Positions 16,772 to 30,650 of a stretch of 64,000 nucleotides of DNA are shown here, piece after piece. The notes below the pieces were generated by a model. It worked only from the letters and a program-made list of their open reading frames with translations. It was not told the origin of the DNA and did not search any database. The translations under genes and the position numbers were made by a program. The DNA is from the human T2T-CHM13v2.0 reference genome, Homo sapiens. Position 1 is the first letter of the stretch; every line of letters begins with the position of its first letter. The stretch lies in assembly GCF_009914755.1 (NCBI RefSeq), contig NC_060945.1; one strand, given 5' to 3'.

Positions 16772-16954
16772 CTGGGGCAACATGTTGAAACCCCTCACTA
16801 CCAAAACAAACAAACAAACAAACATTGTCAGTCATGGTGGCCTGCTCCTGTAGTCTTAGTTACTTGGGGAGCTCAGGTGGGAAGAGGTGGAGGCTGCAGT
16901 TAAGCTGTGATCATGCCACTACACTCCAGCTAGGGCAACAGAGTGACACCCCAT

Positions 16955-16990
<36 letters not shown>
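16772..16990 (+). mobile_element. Deleted old Alu (J-like) with a (CA)17 tail at 16957-16990
   Basis: gggcaacatgttgaaaccc..ctgcagttaagctgtgatcatgccactacactccagc, then a CA microsatellite. Confidence 0.85.
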
Positions 16991-16993
<3 letters not shown>

Positions 16994-17984
16994 CCTTGGG
17001 AAAAGATATAGACATTTAAATGTCTCTTCATTTTTTTCTCACATGCACAAATTAAAAAACGAATGTAACTTATATAAAAAGAAGAATGCAATCGAAGATT
17101 ATAGTTCAATGATACAATCTAGATGAAATATAAGATTCACCATCTATTCCTGTTCATTCTGTTTTAACGATACACACAATACAGGTGTCAGCAATAACTA
17201 TTTAAATAAGTGAATTATGTTTGTGCCACTGAATTATTAGCTCACTAAAAGGGATCATGACTATACTGTGGCTAAAGGTGGATTACAGCACTGGGGTGGT
17301 TGCAGTGCATTTATGTCAAGCTGTAACAGGCAATCAGAAAGGTCGCCCTTGAAGAAGACTGGTGCACAGACAGATTAGTAATGACATTTCAAATGGGCTT
17401 CATTCAAATAGCTCCCATTTCTAAGTTCAATGTTCTTATGAATTTGCACAAGCAACCTAGGAAAATAAGCAGAATTTGCAATAATGCAACTATAAGTCCT
17501 AATAACTCTCATTTCATGGTATGCATTTTATTGTATTTCACAGGAAAGTGTATATCTCAGATTTAACGAAGCCAAAATTAGCTCTATAAATATTAAAATA
17601 AATTTACATTCATTCAGAAATATTGGGATTTTTTTAAAACAGAAAGTAAAAAATAATAAATTGAATCATGACTATAGAATATCATCATCTCCCAAATGCA
17701 AATAACTTTCATTAAACTAATATACATAAGTATATATTACTAGCATCAGACATTTGTATTAGAATGTATAGAATTAGTGAGTGTGTAGTATGTGGATACA
17801 TACGTGTGTGTGTATGTATGTATTTATTTACATGGAGAGTAGACATAAGGAACTTATTTTGTGAATAAGGGAGATTATATTTTTATTCAATTATATTCAA
17901 AATTGAATTATATTTCATACTTTGGGAAGACAAAACTTTACTTGCTGAAGTTGCTTTAAAATATTTCATTTAAGGTTTCCCAGG

Positions 17985-17995
17985 CAAGATGGCCG
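17985..17995 (+). promoter_or_regulatory. YY1 site of the L1 internal promoter
   Basis: caagatggccg at the L1 5' end. Confidence 0.8.
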
Positions 17996-19334
17996 AATAG
18001 GAGCAGCTCTGGTCTGCATCTCCCAGCGAGACTAACACAGAAGGTGGGTGATTACTGCATTTCCAACTGAGGTACATGGTTCATCTCATCGGGACTGGTT
18101 AGACGGTGGGTACAGCCCACAGCGGGCAAGCAGAAGCAGGGTGGGGTGTCACCTCACCTGAGAAGTGCAAGGGGTCAGGGAACTCCCTCCCCTAGCCAAG
18201 GGAAGCCATGAGGGACTGTGCTGTGTGGGACGTTTCTATCCGGTCCAGAAAACTACGCTTTTACCATGGTCTTTGCAACCCACGGAACAGGAGATTCCCT
18301 TGGGTGCCTAGATCACCAGGGCCCTGAGTTTAAAGCAAAAACTGGGTGGCCTTTTGGGCAGACACTGAACTAGCTGTAGGAGGTTTTTCTTGTTGTTGTT
18401 TTTTGTTTTTTGTTTTTTTACCCCAGTGGCAACTGGAACACTGCTGAGACAGAACCATTCACTCCCCTGGAAAGGAGGCTGAAGCCAGGGAGCCAAGTGG
18501 TCTAGCTCAGAGGATCCCACCACCGTGGAGCCCAGCAAGCTAAGATCCACTGGCTTGAAATTCTTGCTGCCAGCACAGCAGACTGAAGTTGAACTGGGAT
18601 GCTCTAGCTTGGTGGGGGGAGGGGCATCGGCCATTACTGAGGCTTGAGTAGGTGGTTTTCCCCTGACAGTATAAACAAAGCCACTAGGATGTTCGAACTG
18701 GGTAGAGTCCACTGCAGCTTGGCAAAGCTGCTGTAGCTAGACTACCTCTCTAGATTCCTCCTCTCTGGGCAAGGCATCTCTAAAAGGAAGGCAACAGCCC
18801 AAGTCAGGGGCTTATAGATCAAACTCCCATCTTCCAGGGACAGAGTGCCTGGGGGAAGGAGCGGCCATGGGCACAGTTTCAGCAGACTTAAACTTTCCTG
18901 CCTGCCGGCTCTAAAGAGAGCAGCAGATCTCCCAGCACAGCGCTTGAGCTCTGCTAAGGGACAGACTGTCTCCTTAAGGGACCCCCGTGCCTCCTGACGG
19001 GGAGACACCTCCCAGCAGGAGTCGAGAGACACATCATACAGGAGAGCTCCAGCTGGCATCTGGCAGGTGCCCCTCTGGGATGAAGCTTCCAGAGAAAGGA
19101 ACAGGTAACAATCTTTGCTGTTCTACAGCCTTCGCTGGTGATACCCAGGTAAAGAGGGCCTGGAGTCGACCTCCAGCAGACTCCAACAGACCTGCAGCAG
19201 AGGGGACTGACTGTTAGAAGGAAAACTAACAAACAGAAAGGAATAGCATCAACATAAACAAAAAGGACGTCCAAAAAGAAACCCTATCCGAAGGTCACCA
19301 ACATCAAAGACCAAAGGTGGATAAATCCATGAAG

Positions 19335-20348
19335 ATGAGGAAAAAACAGCACAAAAAGGCTGAAAACTCCAAAAACCAGAATGCCTCTTCTCCTCCAAAG
19401 GATCACAACTCCTCACCAGCAAGGGAACAAAACTGGATGGAGAATGAGTTTGAAGAATCGACAGAAGTAGGCTTCAGAAGATGAGTAATAACAAGCTCCT
19501 CCAAGCTAAAGGAGCATGTTCTAACCCAATGCAAGGAAACAACCTTGAAAAAAGGTTAGAGGAATTACTAACTAGAATAACCAGTTCAGAGAAGAGCATA
19601 AATGACCTGATGGAGCTGAAAAACACAGCACGAGAACTTCGTGAAGCATACACAAGTATCAATAGCCAAATCAATCAAGCAGGAGAAGAAAGGATATCAG
19701 AAATTGAAGATCAATTTAATGAAATAAAGTGTGAAGACAAGATTAGAGAAAAAAGAATGAAAAGGAATGAACAAAGCCTCCAAGAAATATGGGACTATTT
19801 GAAAAGACACATTTGATTGGTGTACCTGAAAGTGATGGGCAGAATGGAACCAAGTTGGAAAACACACTTCAGGATATTATCCAGGAGAACTTCCCCAACC
19901 TAGCAAGACAGGCCAACATTCAAATTCAGGAAATACAGGAACACCACAAAGATACTTCTCAAGAAGAGCAACCCGAAGACACATAATCATCAGATTCACC
20001 AAGGTTGAAATGAACAAAAAAATGTTAAGGGCAGCCAGAGAGAAAGGTCGGGTTACCCACAAAGGGAAGCCCATCAGACTAACAGTAGATCTCTAACAGC
20101 AGAAAACCTACAAGCCAGAAGAGAGTGGGGGGCCAATAATCAACATTCTTAAAGAAAAGAATTTTCAACCCAGAATTTCATCGAGCCAAACAAAGCTTCA
20201 TAAGTGAAGGAGAAATAAAATCCTTTACAGACAATCAAATGCTGAGGGATTTTATCACCACCAGACCTGCCCTACAGGAGCTCCAGAAGTGCTAAATATG
20301 GAAAGGAAAAACCGATACAGATCACTGCAAAAACATATCAAAATGCAA
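19335..20348 (+). pseudogene. L1 ORF1p remnant
   Basis: MRKKQHKKAENSKNQNASSPPKDHNSSPAREQNWMENEF.. with an early stop; coiled-coil and RRM fragments in ORFs 19481-19816 and 19789-19986. Confidence 0.92.
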
Positions 20349-20411
20349 AGGACATCAACACTATGAAGAAACTGCATCAACTAATGGACAAAATAACCAG
20401 CTAGCATCATA

Positions 20412-23400
20412 ATGACAGGATCAAATTCACACATAACAACATTAACCTTAAATGTAAACAGGCTAAATGCCCCAATTAAAAGACACAGACTGCAAATTGG
20501 ATAAAGAGTCAAGACCCATCAGTGTGCTGAATTCAGGAGACCCAGCTCATGTGCAAAGGCACATATAGGCTCAAAATAAAGGGACGGAGGAATATTTACC
20601 AAGCAAATGGAAAGGAAAAAAAGCAGGGGTTGCAATCATAGTCTCTGATAAAACAGACTTTAAACCAACAGAGATCAAAAAAGACAAAGAAGGGCATTAC
20701 ATAGTGGTAAAGGGATCAATGCCACAAGAAGAGCTAACTCTCCTAAATATATATGCACCCAATACAGGAATACCCAGATTCATAAAGTAAGTTCTTAGAG
20801 ATCTACAAAGAGAGACTCTCACACAATAATAGTGGGAGACTTTAACACCCCACTATCAATATTAGACAGATCAATGAGACAGAATATTAACAAGGATATT
20901 CAGGATTTGAACTCAGCTCTGGACCAAGCAGACCTAGTAGACATCTACAGAACTCTCCACCCCAAATCAACAGAATATGCATTCTTCTCAGCACCACAGA
21001 GCACTTATTCTAAAATTGACCACATAATTGGAAGCAAAATACTCCTCAGCAAATGCAAAAGAACAGAAATAATAACAAACATTCTGTCAGACCACAGTGC
21101 AATCAAATTAGAACTCATGATTAAGAAACTCACTCAAAACTACACAATTACGTGGAAACTGAACAACCTGATCCTGAATGACTACTGGGTAAATAACAAA
21201 ATTAAGGCATAAATAAATAAGTTCTTTGAAACCAGTGAGAACAATGACACAGCATACCAGAATCTCTGGGAAACAGCAAAAGCAGTGTTCAGAGGGAAAT
21301 TCATAACGCTAAATGCCCACATGAGAAAGCAGGAATGATCTAAAATTGATACCCTATTATCACAACTAAAAGAACCAGAGAAGCAACGGCAAACAAATTC
21401 AAAAGCTAGCAGAAGACAAGAAATAACTGAGATCAGAGCAGAACTGAGGGATATAGAAACATGAAAAACCCTTCAAAAAAATCAGTGAATCCAGGAGCTG
21501 GTTTTTGAAGAGATTAACAAAATAGATAGACCACTAGCCAGACTAATAAAGAAGAAAAGAGAAAATAATCAAATAGACACAATAAAAAATGATAAAGGGA
21601 ATATCACCACTGATCCTGCAGAAATAAAAAACCACCATCAGAGAATACTATAAATACCTCTATGCAAATAAACTAGAAAATCTAGAAGAAATGGATAAAT
21701 TCCTGGACACATACACCCTCTCAAGACTAAACCAGGAAGAAGTTGAATACCTGAATGGACCAATAACCAGTTCTGAAATTGAAGCAGTAATTAGTAGCCT
21801 AACAACCAAAAATAGCCCAGGACCAGGTGGATTCATAGCTTAATTCTACTAGAGGTACAAAGAGGAGCTGTAACCATTCCTTCTAAAACTATTCCAAACA
21901 ACAGGAAAAGAGGGACTCCTCCCTAACTCATTTGATCAGGCCAGCATCATCCTGATACCAAAACCTGTAAGAGACCCAACAAAAAAGAAAATTTCAGGCC
22001 AATATCCCTGATGAACATTGATGCAAAAATCCTCAAAAAAAAAAAAAACACTGGCAACCCAAATCCAGCAGCACACTAAAAAGCTTATCCACCACAATCA
22101 AGTCAGCTTCATCCCTGGGATACTAGGCGGGCTAAACTTAGGCAAATTAATAAATGTAATCCATCACATAAACAGAACCAATGACAAAAACCAAATGATT
22201 ATCTCAATAGATGCGAAAAAGGCCTTTGATAAAATTCTACACCCCATCATGCTAAAAACACTCAATAAACTAGGTATTGATGGAACGTATCTTAAAATAC
22301 CAAGAGCTATTTATGACAAACTCACAGGCAATATCATACTGAATGGGAAAAAGTGGAAAGCATTCCTTTTGAAAACCAGCAAAAGACAAGGATGCCCTCT
22401 CTTACCTCTTCCGTTCAACATACTATGGAAAGTTCTGGCCAGGGCAATCAGACAAGAGAAAGAAATAAAGCGCCTTCAAATAGGAAGAGACGAAGTCAAA
22501 TTATCTGTTTGCAGATGACATGATTGTATATTTAGAAAACCCCATTGTCTCAGCCCCAAAACTCCTTAAGCTGATAAGCAGCTTCAGCAAAATATCAGGA
22601 TACAAAATCAAAGTGAACAAATCACAAGCTTTCCTATACACCAATAATAGACAAACAGAGAGCCAAATCATGAGTGAACTCCCATTCACAATTGCTATGA
22701 AGAGAATAAAACACCTAGGAATACAACTTACAAGGGATGAGATGAACCTCTTCAAGGACTACAAACCACTGCTGAAGCAAATGAAAAAGGACACAAACAA
22801 ACGGAAAGTCATTCCATGCTCATGGATAGGAAGAATTAAAATTGTGAAAATGGCCATACTTCCCTAAGTAATTTGTAGAGTCAATTCTATTCCCATCAAG
22901 CTACCATTGACTTTCTTCACAGAATTAGAAAAAACTACTTTAAATTAGATATGGAACCAAAAAAGAGCCTGTATAGCCAAGGCAATCCTAAGCAAAAAGA
23001 ACAAAGTTGGAGGCATCATGCTACCTGACGTAAAACTATATTACAAGCCTGCAGTAACCAAAACAGCATGGTACTGGTACCAAAACAAATATATAGACCA
23101 ATGGAACAGAATAGAGGCCTTAGAAATGACACCACACATTTACAACCATCTGAGCTTTGACAAAACTGACAAAAACAAGCAATGGGGAAGGGATTCTCTG
23201 TTTAATAAATGGTGTCGGGAAAACTGGCTAGCCATGTGCAGAAAACTGAAACTGGACCCCTTCCTTACACCTTATACAAAAATTAACTCAAGATGGATTA
23301 AAGACTTAAATGTAATACCTAAAACCATAAAAACCCTAGAAGAAAACCTAGGCAATACCATTCAGGACATAGGCATGGGCAAAGGCTTCATGACTAAAAC

Positions 23401-24230
23401 ACCAAAAGCAAACACAACAAAAGCCAAAATAGACAAATGAGATCTAATTAAACTACAGAGCTTCTGCAGAGCAAAAGAAACTATCATCAGAGTGAACAGG
23501 CAACCTACAGAATGGGAGAAAAGTTTTGCAATCTATCCATCTGACAAAGGGCTAATATCCACAATCTACAAAGAACTCAAACAAATTTAAAAGAAAAAAA
23601 AAGTACTCCATCAAAAAGTGGGCAAAGGAGATGAACAGACACTTCTCAAAAGAAGACATTTATGCAGCCAATAAACATATGAAAAAAGTTTAAGTTCGTT
23701 GTAGATAAATGCCAATCAAAACCACAATGAAATACCATCTCACGCCAGTTAGAATGGTGATCATTAAAAAGACAGGAAACAACAGATGCTGGAAAGAATG
23801 TGGAGAAATAGAAATGCTTTTACACTGTTGGTGGGAGTGTAAATTAGTTCAATCATTGTGGAAGACAGTTTGGCGATTCCTCAAGGACGTAGAACTAGAA
23901 ATACCATTTCTCCCAGCAATCCTATTACTGGATATATACCCAAAGGACTATAAATCATTCTACTGTAAAGACACATGGATACGTATGTTTATTGCAGCAC
24001 TATTCACAATAGCAAAGGCATGGAACCAACCCAAATGCCCATCAATGATAGATTGGATAAAGAAAATGTGGCACATATACACCATAGAATACTATGCAGC
24101 CATAAAAAATGAGTTCATGTCCTTTGCAGGGACATGGATGAAGCTGGAAACCATCATTCTCAGCAAAGTAACACAGGAACAGAAAACCAAACACTGCATG
24201 TTCTCACTCATAAGTGGGAGTCGAACGATG
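20412..24230 (+). pseudogene. L1 ORF2p remnant (endonuclease, RT, C-terminal domain)
   Basis: [45 protein letters not shown] motifs in several frames; multiple stops and frameshifts. Confidence 0.95.
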
Positions 24231-24530
24231 AGAACACATGGGCACAGGAAGGGGAACATCACAAACCGGGGCCTGTCAGGGCATGGAGGAAAAGGGGAGG
24301 GATAACATTAAGAGAAATACCTAACTTAGATGATGGGTTGATAGGTGCAGCAAACCACCATAGCACTTGTATACCTAGGTAACAAACCTGCACGTTCTGC
24401 ACATGTATCCCAGAACTTAAAGTATAATTTTAAAAAATTTAAAATGTATATGTATTTCAATATTTCATTTAAAATTTATTTCATATTGGTAAGCATTTGA
24501 TAAAAATGAAGAGTTATTTACATGGGAAAC

Positions 24531-24827
<297 letters not shown>

Positions 24828-25052
24828 TACATGGGAAACTTAAATATATTTTTATTTATAAAAAACTTTAAATCACTGTAACTTGCCTAAAATAGTTTAT
24901 TTTCAAAAAAGGAAAATAATTTAGAAACATTATTTTTACTTTAAAATATTTGTATAATTAATTTTTATTATAACAAAACAAAATATCCTGAAGAGTATAG
25001 TAAAATCAAAGAAATTGATATATTATTAGTTAGTTAATTAATTAATTTATCA

Positions 25053-25366
25053 TTTTATTTTGTTTTGTTTTGAGACAGTGTCTGGCTCTGTCACCCAGGC
25101 TGGAGTGCAGTGGTATGATCTTGGCTCACTGCAACCTCCGTCCCCACAGGCTCAAGTGATCCTCCCACCTCAGCCTCCCAAGTAGTTGAGACCACAGGCA
25201 CTTGCCACCACTCTCGGCTAATATTTTTTGTCTGTTTTTGTACTTTTGGTAGAGATGGGGTTCACCATGTTTCCCAGGCTGGTCTCCAACTCCTAAGATC
25301 AAATGATCCAACCTCCTCAGTCTGCCAAAGTGTTGGAATCACAGACATGAGCCACTGTGTCCAGCC
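25053..25366 (-). mobile_element. AluJ-like
   Basis: ggctcaagtgatcctcccacctcagcc. Confidence 0.93.
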
Positions 25367-26734
25367 CAGGTTTATTATTTAATAGGAAACTTTCTTGCAT
25401 CAAGTTCTATGTTTATTATTTTAATTGATTAGTACTTTACATGATTTAAATTACAATTTTGTTTAATCATACATGCTCCCTCTCTAGTTGTTTGACAATG
25501 TAGAGGTAATTTAAAATAAAGTTAACACACTTTCTTTTTATTTCAACTAAATTACAGACGTTCCTTCCAATTATAGAATTTAACATTTCCAATATAGAAT
25601 ATTCACAGGAAACTTGAAGGATAATTACATGTAGTATTGTGTATTGTGTATGATAATAACTGTACCAAAATTGTTCTTATTTAAATAGCATATTACATAC
25701 AATATGCTGGACTTCAGTCTGAATAATTGTAACAAGGCACCCCTGCCTTAGCTACCCAGAGATGCTTTTTGCCCATATGCCATGCACTACTGCTTTCTCC
25801 AGCCATAAACTTAGTACTCTAGAGATTGAACCATGAGATTATTTGCTTTATCATGTGAGGGGTTGGGGGGAGACAAAGTATGAACTGTTCATTAATATTC
25901 ATATATTCTTCTATTTTGTGATACTGTTATTACTCGCCCACCTCATAGTTGGCCAAATGAAAAAAGAGAAACATTAATCATACTGGATGTGATCTGATGA
26001 AAAAATTATCAACCAGTTTGTATGCATGAGAATTAAACTCACTGATTCTCTTCTGTTCGCTCCTCCTAAGCAGACGAATAGTAGTGATGCTAAGGTCTTC
26101 AATTCTGTGTATACTCTAGAAACAATTTAATAAATGAGCCCCATTAGCAAATGACCGTATAAAAGGAAGGTGTTAGCCAACTATATATCTTCATCAAAAA
26201 TTAAATGTGGTAGAAAAATATTACTTTTTGATATTTGTTTTGGATTTGAGAAATTGTGTGCTTTTTATTAAATGCCTAAGCAGAAAGTTTCAATTAATTT
26301 GGAGCCTTCAATGAAAGGAACATACTTCTAACCTTTGTTAAAAATTACCCTATCTTTTGTCAGGAACTATAACAAACCTCATATTTTAGTATACTTGAAA
26401 GGAAGCAAACAAGTAATTTTCCCTTTCATTCAATTTACTTATAATTTATTTTATTTGACAAATGTATACGGATTTTTGTTGGCATTCAGAGTAAACATTT
26501 AACCAGTTAATTCAAAATAATAAATTTCACCAAGAGTTTCATATGTAGGATACAGTAGTAAATATTCTGTTAGTCACTTAATCATTATTCATTTTTATGC
26601 AAGATTTATTAGGCAACTTACATATTTTAAAGTAAATTCTGAAATATAGATATTGGTATTTTTTCCACCATTTAAAATTATTCCATCCATTAACCTCCAG
26701 CAAAATTTATACACATTAGCATTATAATATCTGA

Positions 26735-26848
26735 GACAGTAGGTAGATGGCTTTACAAAATACTAATGCCTAAAGTGTGACTTGGACATGAGGATTTAAA
26801 AATCTTCCCAAGTGGTTCTAATTTGCCACTAAGGTTTAGAACAAATGT
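26735..26848. mobile_element. MER5-like hAT fragment
   Basis: tttaaaaatcttcccaagtggttctaatttgccactaaggtttagaac resembles a MER5 terminus. Confidence 0.5.
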
Positions 26849-28865
26849 TAACAAAAATATAGAAATCTCTCTGAAGAACCCAGAATACACAGTGACCGAT
26901 TTTTCTCTTTAGAATCACTTTTCTAATTATTTTTGCATTCAAATAGAGATTTTGAGTTTAATACAAATATAAGTGCATACCAAATTAGTGTCTGGGTAGC
27001 TCCATTTTACTGAATAAATACATTACATGGAGCTTAGACCATATTTGGGGGAAATGGAGTGGTCAATGACAAATGAAGTTAGTCTGCAATGATTTTTTGA
27101 ACTATAGTAAAGCAACTTTTTCAATGGAGAAATAGAGTTTGCTTTGACAAAGAGAAAGTGAGGAGCAGGATGATAAAGAAGGCATGCTGACATATGTAAC
27201 AACTTGGTAGTTTCAGTAACAGTTTGTCAAGATGTCAGATCTCCCCACTATTACAGTTCACAACTAAAGGTTCCTGATACTCCAAAAAAGTCGCATTTCT
27301 GTGTGCAGGGTATCTCATTGTGTGATGTCTACCAATTTTACAATTTCAAGAAAATAAACAAGTGTGTGTACAATAAAATAAAATAACTCCTTTTTCCTGT
27401 TTCTCAAACTAAGTACTACTATTTGTTTAATATATGTATGAATGTATGAATAGTTATATTTTAAATATTGTGCTATGGGCTCCTGTTAACAAGAACCTGC
27501 TAGGCTTCAAACAGAATATGTAACCAAATGACCGTCTTATCACCCAAGGAGGCCTTAGTTCAAAGTATTATTTAAAATAAGTATATCAGTACAATTGTTT
27601 TATGATACTTTTCTCAAATTGCTGTGGCAAATATCACAAAGATTTAGTTATAGGTCCCAATACTTACATACTTCACCTTACTGTCCTTTATTTCCCAGAA
27701 CAAAGACTATAATTTCAATATGTAGTTTAAATATAGCAAAATAAGTAGTGGCCTCAGAAGGACACTATATGTTTCTTCTCATTTTTTCTTCTTAAAAAAT
27801 ATTAAGTTGTATTTTATAGTGTAGAATTTACATAATGTTCCAGAGAATCTTCACATTTAAATCAATGTTCATTTGAAAGCTGCTGCTCATAATTGTTCTT
27901 TATGTTTTAACAATAAGTATAAAATGTATATGCAAATTATGAGGAAACGATACAAAATTTACTTCTTTCTGAAGGACACCTTTTTACCTAGATGTACGTG
28001 AAAGCATATTTCCTTTAGTTCTTACATTTACTTTACATTTGTTGGGAATTTGTACATTTCTGTACATAACGTTACATTTATAAACAAATACATATAACTG
28101 TAATTTTGTTGTAGGTAATTCTACTTTGTGTAAACTTCTTCATTGCTGATTAATATTCTAAGAGTACATTGTTGTTTTCTGGTATACATTGCAATCGAAT
28201 ATGAGAAGAGTGCTGTGTTTGTATCTCTGTCTACAGAACATCCAGTCTTGGTATGAGAGTACATTGTCTCCATCACTGTCTTCTTTTTGCTCTCATCTTC
28301 CTTGAGGCTGCTAAGCGTATTCCCTATTCTCTGAGTTAGACTTATATGTTCAATTTCTTGGTGGTATTTATTCCATAAAGATTTTTCAGAGTGAGAATAT
28401 TTCAGACAGAAAAGGCAAGAATGATAAATTTCTGGTTATAAATCTATAAATTTTACAGCTGACTATATGGGGAGGGATATTCAGAGGGCTGCTCCAGAAA
28501 TAATCTCTTCAATGTCAGATCTATAAATAATTGTGAAGAGGTTGATACCATTACCTGAGACAGGAAAACATCAAAAACGGCATATTTGTGATCAAAGAAC
28601 ACATGTTCTTTCTGAAAATAACTATACATTTAGTCTAACCCCTTATTTTATAAGAAGCAAGCTGAAATATATAAGGATGTTTTTGTCCTTTGCTATGTAA
28701 TAGAAAGTTATAAAACCTCTATTCCATAACTATTACATCATTGTGCAGGAACCCTGTTTATACAAAATATATTTCCTATAAAAATATTTACTTTGAAACG
28801 TTTCTGTCTTACCTTTCTGAATGCTGCAATTTTGTTATTTTTCAAATTCACTGTGACATGAATAC

Positions 28866-29164
28866 TTTTTTTTTTTTTTTTTGAGACAGAGTTTCGCTCT
28901 TGTTGCCCAAGCTGGGGTGCAATTGCAGGGTCTTGACTCACTGCAACCGCCACCTCCCAGGTTCAAGTGATTCTGCTGCCTCAGACTCCTGGGTAGCTGG
29001 GATTACAGTCATGCACCACCACGCCCGGCTAACTTTGTATTTTTAGTAGAGAGGGGGTTTGTCCATGTTGGTCAGGCTGGTCTTGAACTCCCGACCTCAG
29101 GTGATCCACCCGCCTCGGCCTCCCAAAGTGCTGGGATTACAGGCGTGAGCCACCACGCCCAGCT
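28866..29164 (-). mobile_element. AluSp-like
   Basis: gagtttcgctcttgttgccc, tccatgttggtcagg, cccgacctcaggtgatcc; TSD tgaatactttt. Confidence 0.96.
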
Positions 29165-29489
29165 GAATACTTTTAATTTTAAATTTTACATCATTTTATG
29201 TTATATTACATTAAATTATAACAGTCTTGAATAAGGAATATAAAACATAGAAAATGACTTATGTCTAGATACTGGGTCATAGGACCAGATGTGAATTACA
29301 GGTTTACATCTGACAATTGTTGTAGGATGTATTTTAAATAAAATTTGCCCTATGTCTGGTTTAACCTAAGCAGATGACTGAATTTTGATATGAAAACTTT
29401 CAAAATTTAATTTTAAGACCAAATTGCTTTTAGAACACAGTTATACATTTTCATCCCTCCTTCTTCCTATTTAATGGTATTTTATAACT

Positions 29490-29838
29490 TACTGCTTTGT
29501 GTTTGGGTGGGGCATCTGACTAGTTTAGGCCAATTAATTGTAAGAGGCAATAGCGTGAGTCAAAGCCATGCCAGATGAGCACTTAATTGCCACTAGAAAA
29601 GCTTACTGCGATTTCTTTTCCTCTGCCACAGTCACAGAAAAATTTCAATCTGTTAGTTGCTCTAGTAGCCTAGATCCCTGGAGTGAGGAGATATGGAGCA
29701 CAATCCTTACTTTGTCTGAAATGAACATGCGACAACAAGAGTGAGAAATTAACCCTTGTTGTTAGGTATCTAAGAAAAGGTCAATTTGGTCCTGATATGA
29801 CGTTTTGTATCTCACTGTAACCTAACCTAAATGACATA
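29490..29838 (+). mobile_element. Old MLT1-type LTR relic
   Basis: agcctagatccctggagtgagg..gagtgagaaattaacccttgttg..taacctaacctaaatgacata. Confidence 0.55.
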
Positions 29839-29839
29839 T

Positions 29840-30650
29840 GAAATAGTTGAACAACTCTTTGTAGAGGACTTTCTATATGCCCAGTACTGTTCCACTCACA
29901 GTAAGTATATTGATGAACAAGACTGTAAAACTTCATGCCACAGTTGTTAAGGCTATAATCAATAATTTCTTAATTCAATGATATATAAATACTATGAAGT
30001 AATTAAGCAAGGTAATGGCAAGAAGCAAGTAAAGGAGGTACCTTGAAATAGTGATACTTGAACTGAGAAAATGATCATACAGAAATGATATTATGGAAAT
30101 CTGGATCAAGTGCACTTTAGATATAGAAAAGCAATTTTCTGCAATAAAAACCATCATGGTAAATTGAGGAGAATGAACATCCTTTTTGGCTGAGGATGCC
30201 AGAAGCTAAGCATGAAATTAGATTGGAGAGAAAGAGATGGAACCAGTTTGTATAGGCACATGTATAGCATGAAAAGATGTTTGCAACGGAAATTTATTGG
30301 AATAGTACAATAAACAGGGAGATAATCTGATCTCACCTACCTTTTGAGGAGGTTGCTGCATTTTAGAAAAACAACTGTGGGCAGGGAAGAATGGAAGGAA
30401 GATCCCTAAGGCAGGTGCAAGGTACATTAGGCTATTGACTCAGAATAGCTATTTATAATGGAAAATAGTGAGAAATGGAGGAATTTGAGCTATATTTGAA
30501 GGTAACACAGAGAGCATATGCCATTGTTTGGGATGACTGGTGTTAGTGGATGGAATAGAAGAATAATCTGCCTCAAGGGTTTGGCCTAAACAAATGTATA
30601 TATGGTAGTGTAATTATAGAGCATGAGATAAGCAGATTTGCTTTCATCAT
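29840..30650 (-). mobile_element. L2 LINE relic
   Basis: Reverse L2 3' end (tatatgcccagtactgttc..gatgaacaagac) and purine-rich body (gagaaatggaggaatttgagctatatttgaaggt). Confidence 0.75.

Larger units (their letters stand above)
17974..24458 (+). mobile_element. Full-length L1PA7-like LINE-1, inactive
   Basis: 5' caagatggccgaatag; ORF1 ATG at 19335, ORF2 ATG at 20412; PA7-like 3' UTR; 14-bp TSD aatatttcatttaa at 17960-17973 and 24459-24472. Confidence 0.96.

Noticed and set aside
18308-19274. Several 100-134 aa antisense ORFs as possible L1 ORF0
   Set aside because: They lie in the L1 5' UTR where open frames are common, and I could not match them to ORF0
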